DNA of 64,000 bases. It comes from Octopus vulgaris (Eukaryota). The stretch is from NCBI GenBank assembly GCA_951406725.2, contig OX597818.1, positions 61,690,001-61,754,000 on the forward strand, in the 5' to 3' direction. The stretch's first letter is position 1. Each line of letters opens with the position of its first letter. The notes under the pieces are model-generated. The model did no database searches and had not been told where the DNA came from. It saw nothing but the letters and a program-made list of their open reading frames with translations. The position numbers and the translations under genes are program-made. This document shows, one piece after another, positions 13,474 through 24,760 of this stretch.

Positions 13474-14203
13474 TACGACAGGCTTCTTTCAGTTTCCGTC
13501 TACCAAATCCACTCAGAAGGCATTGGTCGGCCCGGGGCTATAGCAGAAGACACTTGCCCAAGATGCCACGCAGTGTGACTGAACCCGGAATCATGTGGTT
13601 GTTTGCAAGCTACTTATCACACAGCCACTCCTGCGCCTATATAGATACGTTAGTTTTTGGTTATTTTTCACAAACTGTTATTCATATCCTGGTACTAACA
13701 ATTGAGCTACATTCATGCTGGGGCACTAGGTTTATGATTAATCACATCAACCCCGACACTTCTTCCAGTCTGCTACTTGTTTACCATTCCTGACATAAGA
13801 AATGCAACTCGGTGCAGCATTTTATACCAGAATATGCAAACACACACACACACACACAAAGCGTAGAAACCACATACAGTCGCAGATAATGTTATTAAAC
13901 AGTGGTTCTTATCGAAATTACAGGGTCCCAGACTCTTTATTTAAAATGAATTAAAAATTACCTGCTTATGAGAATCAAAGCTGCAGATATTGTTATCAAC
14001 AGTTTCAAGTAAATTGCTGTTCGACTACTTTTACTAATGTATTGCCTGCAGAGATCAAAAGCTAAGATCAAAACAAAAGCGAACATGGAGACGAGGTAGG
14101 TGGTTGGCAATGGTGGTGGATGGTGGTGATGGAAATACGGGTTGGTGCTGCTGGCTATGGAGATACTGGTGTGGTAAGTTGGTCAGTTTGGCTTGCAGCA
14201 TTG

Positions 14204-14246
<43 letters not shown>

Positions 14247-14371
14247 ACATTAACAATTAAGGAACGGCCATAATAGGCCATTCACCCACTAGAAATAACA
14301 GCCAAAGCTTCTACCGCAAATAAAGATCAATTCCGTAAACAGGAGAAAATTAAAAAAACATTTACCCTGTA

Positions 14372-14478
14372 ATTTCTTGTACGGTATACCGTTTCATCTG
14401 CTGTTTAATGGTAAACTAACCTGATTAAATTAAATCAAGCCAATCTTCCATAAGCCCTCAGATTCTTCAGCAAGAAAT
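14372..14478 (-). ncRNA. Type I hammerhead ribozyme (- strand copy)
   Basis: Reverse complement of 15037-15143. Confidence 0.9.
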
Positions 14479-14855
14479 AGCTCAAGTCGGAACAGATATT
14501 TACACGAGGCATACCCAATCCTGCCTCGACAATATCTGACCTAAAATTTTCAAATCGTCGCACTCGCGCCAAATTTATCGGCAGCAAATAAATCGTCGAT
14601 TCCATTACGGAATTAACCAAAAAATTCATAATTAATCAATATAGGGTGGCAAGGAAAATTTTGTAGAATTTTTTTGCCACCAGCGCCCAGTGGGAAAAAA
14701 TTAAATAGTCATAGACCATTTTTAAGTTCAACATTAACAATTAAGGAACGGCCATAATAGGCCATTCACCCACTAGAAATAACAGCCAAAGCTTCTACCG
14801 CAAATAAAGATCAATTCCGTAAACAGGAGAAAATTAAAAAAACATTTACCCTGTA

Positions 14856-14962
14856 ATTTCTTGTACGGTATACCGTTTCATCTGCTGTTTAATGGTAAAC
14901 TAACCTGATTAAATTAAATCAAGCCAATCTTCCATAAGCCCTCAGATTCTTCAGCAAGAAAT
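14856..14962 (-). ncRNA. Type I hammerhead ribozyme (- strand copy)
   Basis: Reverse complement of 15037-15143, 484 bp from the 14372 copy. Confidence 0.9.
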
Positions 14963-15036
14963 AGCTCAAGTCGGAACAGATATTTACACGAGGCATACCC
15001 AATCCTGCCAAGGCAATATCTGATCCGACTTGAGCT

Positions 15037-15143
15037 ATTTCTTGCTGAAGAATCTGAGGGCTTATGGAAGATTGGCTTGATTTAATTTAATCAGGTTAGT
15101 TTACCATTAAACAGCAGATGAAACGGTATACCGTACAAGAAAT
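15037..15143 (+). ncRNA. Type I hammerhead ribozyme with extended stem II
   Basis: Stem I atttcttg (15037-44)/caagaaat (15136-43); core CTGAAGA (15045-51); stem II atctg/cagat enclosing a long G.U-rich hairpin; GAAA (15120-23); palindromic stem III acggtataccgt; GUA cleavage triplet at 15133-35. Confidence 0.9.
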
Positions 15144-15520
15144 TACAGGGTAAATGTTTTTTTAATTTTCTCCTGTTTACGGAATTGATCTTTATTTGCG
15201 GTAGAAGCTTTGGCTGTTATTTCTAGTGGGTGAATGGCCTATTATGGCCGTTCCTTAATTGTTAATGTTGAACTTAAAAATGGTCTATGACTATTTAATT
15301 TTTTCCCACTGGTCGCTGGTGGCAAAAAAATTCTACAAAATTTTCCTTGCCACCCTATATTGATTAATTATGAATTTTTTGGTTAATTCCGTAATGGAAT
15401 CGACGATTTATTTGCTGCCGATAAATTTGGCGCGAGTGCGACGATTTGAAAATTTTAGGTCAGATATTGCCTTGGCAGGATTGGGTATGCCTCGTGTAAA
15501 TATCTGTTCCGACTTGAGCT

Positions 15521-15627
15521 ATTTCTTGCTGAAGAATCTGAGGGCTTATGGAAGATTGGCTTGATTTAATTTAATCAGGTTAGTTTACCATTAAACAGCA
15601 GATGAAACGGTATACCGTACAAGAAAT
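15521..15627 (+). ncRNA. Type I hammerhead ribozyme (second + strand copy)
   Basis: Same sequence as 15037-15143, offset by 484 bp. Confidence 0.9.
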
Positions 15628-15851
15628 TACAGGGTAAATGTTTTTTTAATTTTCTCCTGTTTACGGAATTGATCTTTATTTGCGGTAGAAGCTTTGGCTG
15701 TTATTTCTAGTGGGTGAATGGCCTATTATGGCCGTTCCTTAATTGTTAATGTTGAACTTAAAAATGGTCTATGACTATTTAATTTTTTCCCACTGGGCCG
15801 CTGGTGGCAAAAAAATTCTACAAAATTTTCCTTGCCACCCTATATTGATTA

Positions 15852-15892
<41 letters not shown>

Positions 15893-16324
15893 TATATATG
15901 TACATATATATAGATGATGATGATGATGATGATGATGATGTGTGTGTGTGTGTGTTCGCATATATAATCATTAATGTCATCATCATCATCATCATCATTG
16001 TTTAAATGTTCAATTTTCTTTGCTTGCATGAGTCAGACAGAATCAAGAGATTTTCTACAACCAGATGCTCTTCCAGCTGCTAACCTTTCCCTTTTCTTAA
16101 AGAAGGTGATATTTCTTCATAGGCAGAAGTTTCCATAGATTATAAAATGAACGATGCCATGTGTATGGTGACGCTTATTTATAACAATTGTGCGATGGCA
16201 AGACAAGGGACACAAACATTCCCCCCCCACACACACAGACACATGGTCAGCTTCTTTCACTTTCTGCCAAAACAACTCATAAGTCTGGTTTGCTGAAAGT
16301 GCCATGAAATGAACCAATCCTATG

Positions 16325-16529
16325 CCATGTTAGTGCCACCTGACTGGCTCCTGTGCCAGTGGCACGTAAAATGCACCCAATACACTCTCGGAGTGGTTGG
16401 TGTTAGAAGGGCTTCTAGCTGTAGAAACATTGCCAAATCAGATTGCAGCCTGGTGCAGCCTCCTGGTTTGCCAGTCTTCAGTCAAACCGTCCAACCCATG
16501 CCAGCATGGAAAATGGACGTTAAACGATT

Positions 16530-16560
<31 letters not shown>

Positions 16561-16565
16561 GGATG
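16325..16565 (+). mobile_element. Repeat family C
   Basis: Homology, ending ggacgttaaacga(tga)n. Confidence 0.75.
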
Positions 16566-17301
16566 AAAGTAGTGAGAAGCCAGCATCATTAGCACTCCTG
16601 GGCAAACTGCTAAATGGCATTTTGTTTGCCTTTAGATTCTGATTTGAAAATCTGCTGGGGTTACTTGACCTTGCCTTTCATCCTTTCAGGGTCAATCAAA
16701 TAGTGGTTGATCACTTTGGGTCAGCATAAACAACTTTCCCCCACCCTTGAAACCCCTATTGGGATATATCTAAGGGATTTGAGCTGACCAATTTGTTAGG
16801 ACATTGAAGAAAATATCAAGCAGTATGACTTCTGGTTCTGGATATTCTGGTTTCAAATCCCACTCAAACGAACCTTGAATTTTTATCCTTTCAGGGTTGA
16901 CAAAATCCAGTACCAGTTATTTAGTGGGGCATGGCGCTTTTAACAAACTCCCTTCTCAGAAACTTTTAGGTTTTGTGTTTTACTAGAAATAATATTTAGA
17001 TATTATCTCAGCCTGGCTTTGATTCCCCTCCATGGAAACACTTAGGAAATAAAATAAAAAGGAAAGATTGGTGACTAGTAGAATTGGTAGAGCAACAGAC
17101 GAAACTGCTTTGTAGAATTTATATGCAACACTTAAGCTTTGGTTTCAAATTTTGCCGAAGTTGGTTCTGCTGTTCATACTCCTGGGGCAGAAAATAATTT
17201 GTTATTCAAATACTTAGAGTAGATTGTGGTGGAGTGGGGGTCAATAAAGTTAACTGTTTCAGCCTGCAAAATTATGTGACTTTATGCAATTTTTATATAC
17301 T

Positions 17302-17345
<44 letters not shown>

Positions 17346-18143
17346 AAGGTTCAATTCAATCTGTCAAATTTGTCTTTCATCTTGTCGAGATGAATAAGTA
17401 CAAAGTACGAAGAGAGATCGATGGAATTGATTCCAGCTCCCCCACCCCATGCACTCCCATCCCACCCCCACCCCAACCCCACCACCACCACCACCCCATT
17501 CCTCATTTGTAGTCTTTTGCCAGCACAAGAAAATCGTTATTATTGACAATTGGCAACATGCTTCTTAAGCCTTGTAATATTTGGCCTAACATTAGCAGTA
17601 CAAATACAGCTGAACAAAAACAAATACTTGTAATGTAGTTTGTACATAAAACGTACTAAAGAACAGTCACACAATTTGTTGATGCTGTTGTTGTTGTTGT
17701 TGTTGTTATTGCGAAAGCCAACTGAAGGACTGACCGGAAGGACGACCAACTTGTGTTTGGTTATGCAGATATGAAAGTGGTCAGCATGTTGATCATTATT
17801 CATAGAATGTTTTCATTATATTGGTCAACCAACCATTGTCATTTATCTTTGTCTTGACCGTTATCGGCATAATGTCCCACCATAGTCGACCTTTTAAAGT
17901 TTGTGTTCCATCATTGTAATCATAACAGACCGAAAGATTTTCAGCTGATGCGACAGGTCGACTTAATTTATCTAATCATATGATCTTGCCCCAAACAAAG
18001 TTTGTGGCAGCTGAAGCATAAGGGACTGCAAAGAACTGTGATAAGGGGCCCACGACAAATTTAAAAGATGTCAATTGACAAATATCTTAAAGGACCGAAT
18101 AAAATAGACTTAGCGAAAACAAAATAATGGTAGCAAGTTCCGT

Positions 18144-18520
18144 AGGTGCAGGAGTGGCTATGTGGTAAGTAGCTTGCTTACCAACCACATGGTTCTGGGT
18201 TCGGTCCCACTGTGTCGCCTTGGGCAAGTGTCTTCTACTATAGCCTCAGGCTGACCAAAGCCTTGTGAGTAGATTTGGTAGACGGAAACTGAAAGAAGCC
18301 CATTGTATATATATATTTATATATATATATGTATGTGTGTGTGTATGTTTGTGTCTCTGTATTTGTCCCCCCACCATCACTTGACAACCGATGGTGATGT
18401 GTTTACGTTCCTGGTCTCAAAAAAGACCAATAGAATAAGTACTAAGCTTGCAAAGAATAAGTCCTGGGGTTGATTTGCTTGACTAAAGGTGGTGCTTCAG
18501 CATGGCCACAGCCAAATGTC
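18144..18520 (+). mobile_element. SINE family A
   Basis: Head aggtgcaggagtggctatgtgg through tail cagcatggccacag. Confidence 0.85.
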
Positions 18521-18654
18521 TGGAGTGCCTTGTGTTCTTGAGCAAGACACACTATTTCACATTGCTCCAGTCCTTTCCACAGGATAGAATGAGATGTATT
18601 TCAAAGGGCCAACTCTATCATGTTCTGTGTAATGCTAAATCTACTTGAAAACTA

Positions 18655-18935
18655 CATTAAGAGTATGTGTGTCATTAAGGGTATGTGTGTTATTAAGGGT
18701 ATGAATGTCATTAAGGGTATGCGTGTAATTAAGAGTATGTCCATTATTAAGAGTATGTCTGTTATTAAGGGTATGTGTGTCTTTAAGGGCATGTGTGCTA
18801 TTAAGGGTATGAGTGCCATTAAGGGTATGAGTATCATTAAGGGTATGTCAGTTATTAAGAGTATGTGTGTTATTAAGGGTATGTGTGTTATTAAGGGTAT
18901 GTGTGTTATTAAGGGTATGTGTGTGACTAAGAGTA
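18655..18935. repeat. 18-bp minisatellite (attaagggtatgtgtgtt)
   Basis: About 15-16 tandem units. Confidence 0.95.
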
Positions 18936-19530
18936 TAGAGTACTGAACTACTTGCATGCTAATTTCATGAGTAGGTCGTTCCATTGATCACATCAAATAG
19001 AACACATGTCATGGTAACCAAGAGTCCTGCCAGTTTCTTTTACTTTTCCCATAATATGGAAATCGGGTAACCAATTCTATGAGTCCAAGGACTTGAGGCA
19101 ATAATGTACAGATGATGATGATGATGATGAATAAAAATATGGCACACTCTCTCAAGCACTGCATCAGACATTAGGAAAACTTACTGATTAAAAAATAATT
19201 CTTTTAGACTAATTATGTTGATTAGCACAGTATTTTTTTTTAAAAAAAACATGTTTACGCACAAACTTTTTAGTAAAATAATAGTAAATTTCATTTTACA
19301 TTTGATATTTTTTTCTTTTGTTTGCACATTTTTGTGAAAATCAAGTGGAACCATCGTCTGAATTGCTACAATTCCGAGTGAACCAATATTCTCAGACCAC
19401 TTAAACACTGCCAGCCTCTTTTTAACCCTGTGGTGTTCAGATTAATCAGTCAAATGAAACATTTACCAATTCACATGGTTTTGAATTAATCATTTCTTAT
19501 TTCAGAGGTTTGAGATTTCAATAATGCAGT

Positions 19531-19933
19531 TACTCTTTACTCTTTTACTTGTTTCAGTCATTTGACTGTGGCCATGCTGGAGCACCGCCTTTTTGTCGAG
19601 CAAATCGACCCCGGGACTTTCTCTTTGTAAGCCCAGTACTTATTCTATCGGTCTCTTTTGCCGAACCGCTAAGTGACGGGGACATAAACACACCAGCATC
19701 GGTTGTCAAGCAATGCTAGAGGGACAAACACAAACATACAAACATATATACACACATATAATATATATATATATATACTTATATATGACAGGCTTCTTTC
19801 AGTTTCCGTCTACCAAATCCACTCACAAGGCATTGGTCGGCCCGAGGCTATAGCAGAAGTCACTTGCCCAAGGTGCCACGCAGTGGGATTGAACCCAGAA
19901 CCATGTGGTTGGTAAACAAGCTACTTACCACAC
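19531..19933 (-). mobile_element. SINE family A
   Basis: Near full-length homology. Confidence 0.85.
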
Positions 19934-21007
19934 CAAAACTTGAAACAGCCATCACCAGCAGCTGTTCAAGAATTTGAACCTGGAGATCTCCATTTCCAGC
20001 GACTTCGAGGGCCACCTCCCAGTGGTGTCGGGTGTTAATGAAAAGCCCTCAACTACAACAAGACGACCAAAGTTTTTTTATTTTTACTTTCCAAGGTCTG
20101 GGGGTCTCCCGCCCCTAAGCCCTAGACCATCACGTAATCACCCTTACCCGTCTTGTTGCTTAACAACAACAACAGCAGCATGCTGGCAGAACCATTATTG
20201 CATCAGACAAAATGCTTGTGACATTTCTTCTAGCTCTGTGTTCTGAGTTCAAATCCTGTTCAGGTCAACTTTGCCTTTCATCCTTTCAGAGTTGATAAAA
20301 TAAAGTTCCAACCAAGCACAAGGGGTCAGCATAAATGCCTGACCACCTACACTCAAGCCAAAATTAGAAAGAAATACTATTTTTATTACGATTCTTGCCG
20401 TTGTTTTTGACTCTGACAAGTGCTTTGAACATAAATTGCAGAAAATTTAACTGACTTTATATAGAACTATTAAAAAATAATGAGAAGAAATTCTAAAAAT
20501 TCAGGTAGAAGCACTCTTTTTAAACAGGAAACCATCATAGACATAAAAATAAAATATAAATAAAATTTGGTATAATGAATAATAATCGTACAAGAAACAA
20601 ATTTCGCATAGTACTTGTATAAAGCATTTATAAACATTTCCTTCTGTCTGAATGTTAAGCCATACAAGTTTAACTCTGAATGTAACGATATGGTGTTATC
20701 AAGGCAAAATATTGACTAACTGCATAACAGCCTGGACACAACAAGAATACTGGTTGCTTGTTTTTGAGTTAATGGCTCTTCCAAATTACTAAATACAGCT
20801 CCGATAGACAGTAATGAATACTTTCAAAGAAATCTGACATTTTTATGGGTGAATAAAAAAATGTCTAAACAAAGAGAAAATTTATAAAAGATAAAAAGGA
20901 AAGTAAAATCTACAATGAAAATATATTTTCAATGATTTTTTTCATCTTTTTTAGCCTTTTAGTTTTATTACTATTATTATTGTTATTATTATCATTATTA
21001 CTATTAA

Positions 21008-21041
<34 letters not shown>

Positions 21042-23972
21042 GTTATTATTATTGTTATTATTAATTTCTGTTTTTGTCATAAGTAGTAGGTAAAAATAAA
21101 TTTTAACGAAAACTAACTTAAAAAAATAGCAATCAAATATATGAAAACTGTACGTTCATCAACGAAATCTTGCTGAAGACATGTCATAAAACAAAAATAG
21201 AATTTTTTTTTCCCTCTCTGGAAAAGATATATTTGTATGAAAATGCTATAAAAATTGATCACGCAAACGCCAAAGAATATTTTCGACATAAAGCTGTAAC
21301 TCTTAAAATATATTCTAAATATTGTATGATTTTTACAAAACATCGCTAATGGTTGAGTAAAGTTATGTTTCCGGAACTACCATAACAATCATTCTTTCTA
21401 ACTTGAAGCTAAACTGAAGATGTATAAACTCTTTCATTTTATCTAGGACATTATTTTGGATTGAAAGGGGAGCCACTATACACTTTCTCAACCTACTAGA
21501 AATAGCAGCCAAAATCTTCCTCAAATGCTGTCTTTAAAAAATTAAAAATTAAAAATAGATTATGTAATGCTAGATGCACAAAAAGATGGGATAGTCAGGA
21601 GTGGAACATCTTTGATCAATGAGAAATTGAAGAAACTGCCCAATTTCTATGTTGATGCCACAGCAAAAGCCCTTTTTTGCACACCCCACTAAAGGGACTG
21701 ACTACTGAACAAGCAGGGGAAAAACGGTGTTGATATGTTCCTTTAAACCCGTCTCACCAAGGACTTGACCTCTTCTCTAGTGCTGGTCCAACAAAAATGC
21801 ACCCAGTATACATGACAAAGTGGACATCAGAGGAGTGGTGAATGTTTTGAGTTGAAAGGACCTTTTAGTCTTGTCCTGTTGAGGACTTAACGCCATGAGG
21901 AACTGCACCCAGTACACTCTTTTAAAGTAGTTGGGAACAGGAAGCACATTCCAGCTGTTGGTATTTCATTGAGTTTCTACATTACTTCAGTTCATATGGC
22001 TTTCAAGAATAGGGACCCAGTTATTAAAGAAAGTTGCCGGTAATAGATTAGCTTTATACTTGGGAACCAGAGGTAAGCATTAGCTCTTAAAAACCTCTTG
22101 TGGACTAAGGGGACATTTACATATTTTTACATTTTTCTTATCTTACGAACAAAAAAACAAAAAACAAACCTGAAATGTTAGTTTATGAAATTTCCTAATC
22201 TTCTAAAACATCTGATATGACATTGGTTGTATTTTCCACTACAGTGTGTTTGAATCAATAACTAACCAGCCGAAGCCAGCTAATTTTCTCCCTGAATAAA
22301 ATACATTCTCAAACCCCCAACCCCTTTACATAAGCATATCACTGCATAATTTTCTGCTGAATACTAGCTAAGATGTCGAACTATTCATCTATTCTACCAC
22401 CAGGTAACTGATATTGGCTGTAGATAACATTTCAAAGGGTTTTCCCAAATGGCTAACTATTTCAATAACGGCTTGCAGCTTATCAATTACTTTAACATCA
22501 ATAAGCTGGCAAGATATGAGAGTTTCAGCACCAATTTCTATTATATATACACATATATAGATCTGAATGTATTCGTGGCATAGTAATACCGTGTAAAGAC
22601 TAAATAATTGTTAAATAGGTATGAATAAGTTTAATCTTTGACTTATATTTTGCTTTGTTAGCTGAATGGTTAGAAAAACTGTGGGAAAAGCAAAATCAAT
22701 TGTTTTAGAGAGGAAGTCAGTTCTTTCTCACTTAACACACAGTTTTCGAAATGAACACACAATCAAGCTTAATTGAAATTTGGAAAAATCTTTAAAAGAA
22801 AATAAAAAAAAAAAAAAAAAGAATTCAATGATGACTGAATCATTTTTGAAAAGACAAAAAGACAAAAAAAAATTCTATTGAAACACTTTAAGAAAATTGA
22901 AGATATTGTATTTGAATTCTAATGAAATTTCAGTAAGTGAAAGTAAAGAATTTGACAACTAAGGACAGAGATATTTTTGGTCAATAATAATATTAAAGAG
23001 ATTTTATAAACTAACCCATATTTAAGCTGTTCTGCTCTTTGAGAAAACTAATTTCCTCTTGGTGCAATATATTGACTGAAAATCCATTAAAACAAGTAGA
23101 AAATTGTAAAACAAAAACGAAAATAATACCCAAGTAGAATATGAAGATATTCATGCCCTACATTTGTACAAAGAGACAAAGCTGTAATAAAGAAGATAAT
23201 AGATGGCTTTAAAGATTTTTCAACTTCATTTTATAAACTGCTGTTATAATACGGTTTGTCAGATTTGTCAAATCTATTTCATATAATGTAAGATTCAAAA
23301 TAGGAAATTGCTTTTTTATTGACAAAAATATGTAAAAGAAATAAGCCTAAAGCAAACCTTAAATGCAGAAATCTGGAAAATATTTAATGAAAGGAAGTTC
23401 AATATTTTTCTTTGCATATAGAGATTAGTGTAAATCTCCCTTTAATGTGTATTAAATACATGAACAATACTGTATTGGATTGATAGCGAAATGCTTGGAT
23501 GTTCGGAAAAATTGAAGCAGAAAATGATATTTTAAATGTTCCCCCCACTAATAAATAAATAAATGAATAAACAAATAAAAACTTCATAGGGTGGGTTTGC
23601 TTGGACAAATTTCAAAATATAATGGGAGGACTATGAAGTTTTAAAAATGTCTTTCATCTAAGTCACATGGAATATGAATTATATTGGTTTATTATTTTTA
23701 CTTTATTCCTTTTTTTAATTTTTTTGTTCTTTTTTTTTTTTATTTCTTTGTCCATTTTCCCATGTTAGCTGTGTTTGTACAAATATATTATTCAGGCGTT
23801 GTTTTCCAGTTGGATGCCCTTCTTGTTGCTAACTCTTAACTGTTTTTCAAGTTTGGGGGGTCTTTTATTTCACTCATCTTTGAAGATGCAAAACAAGTGG
23901 ACAACATGTTGACAGAAGGGATAACACTGCTGCACATAGATGGTCACTTGTGTACAGCATCCATGTAAACAA

Positions 23973-24025
<53 letters not shown>

Positions 24026-24311
24026 ATCATTATTATCATCATCCTCACTTGTGTCCATCTTTCCATGTTTTCATGGGTCAGATGAAATTTCTTGGGGCAG
24101 ATTTTCTACAATCAGATGTCCTTTCCATTGCTAACCCTCACCTCTTTTCCAGGCAAGTAATTAATTCCCCGGGGCCAGAAATTGCATTCCGTAGAATACT
24201 TGAAATGAACAACATTGTTCATTTCAAAATCCTGGGGCTAATTGGCTTGACTAAAGGTGGTGCCCCAGCATGGCCACAGTCAAATGACTGAAACAAATAA
24301 AAGAATAACAG

Positions 24312-24350
<39 letters not shown>

Positions 24351-24353
24351 TTA

Positions 24354-24760
24354 TTCTTTTACTTGTTTCAGTCATTTGACTGCAGCCATGCTGGGGCACT
24401 GCCTTGAAGGAATTTCCATCAAATGAACTGACCCTACCACTTATTTTCTTCTTAAAGCTGGCATTTATTCTATCGGTCACTTTTGCTGATCACTAAGTTA
24501 TGGGGGATGTAAACACACCGACACCAGTTGATAAGCAGTGTGTGGGTGGGGGTGACCAGGGACATAAAGTCACACACACACATGTATATATATATATATA
24601 TATATGATGGGCTTCTTTCTGATTCCATTTACCAAATTCAATCACAAGGTTTTGTTTAGCCAGAAGCTATAGTAGAATACACATGGCTAGGTGCCACACA
24701 GTGGGACTGAACCAGGAACTTTCAGGCTGGCAAGCAAACTTCTTGCCACACATCCATGCC
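24354..24760 (-). mobile_element. SINE family A (older variant)
   Basis: Diverged homology; tail-to-tail with a + strand tail fragment at ~24232-24307. Confidence 0.75.

Larger units (their letters stand above)
12783..13640 (-). mobile_element. SINE family A interrupted by an HHR element
   Basis: Both halves present around the 13047-13412 insert. Confidence 0.85.
14246..15854. mobile_element. Hammerhead-ribozyme-containing tandem and inverted 484-bp repeat insertion in (TA)n (retrozyme-like or non-autonomous Penelope-like element)
   Basis: The unit start aacattaacaattaagg recurs at 14246 and 14730 (period 484). Orientation flips at 15023/15024, and tccgacttgag recurs at 15024 and 15508. Copies are near-identical, both flanks are (TA)n, and each unit holds a complete HHR. 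Confidence 0.9.

Noticed and set aside
15370-15564. 64-aa ORF in the 484-bp unit (also 14435-14629 on -)
   Set aside because: No recognisable motif, it overlaps the ribozyme, and it recurs only because the unit is duplicated.
18620-18984. Repeat-protein-like ORFs or a CRISPR-like array
   Set aside because: Contiguous 18-bp tandem units with no spacers and no cas genes, in a eukaryotic context.
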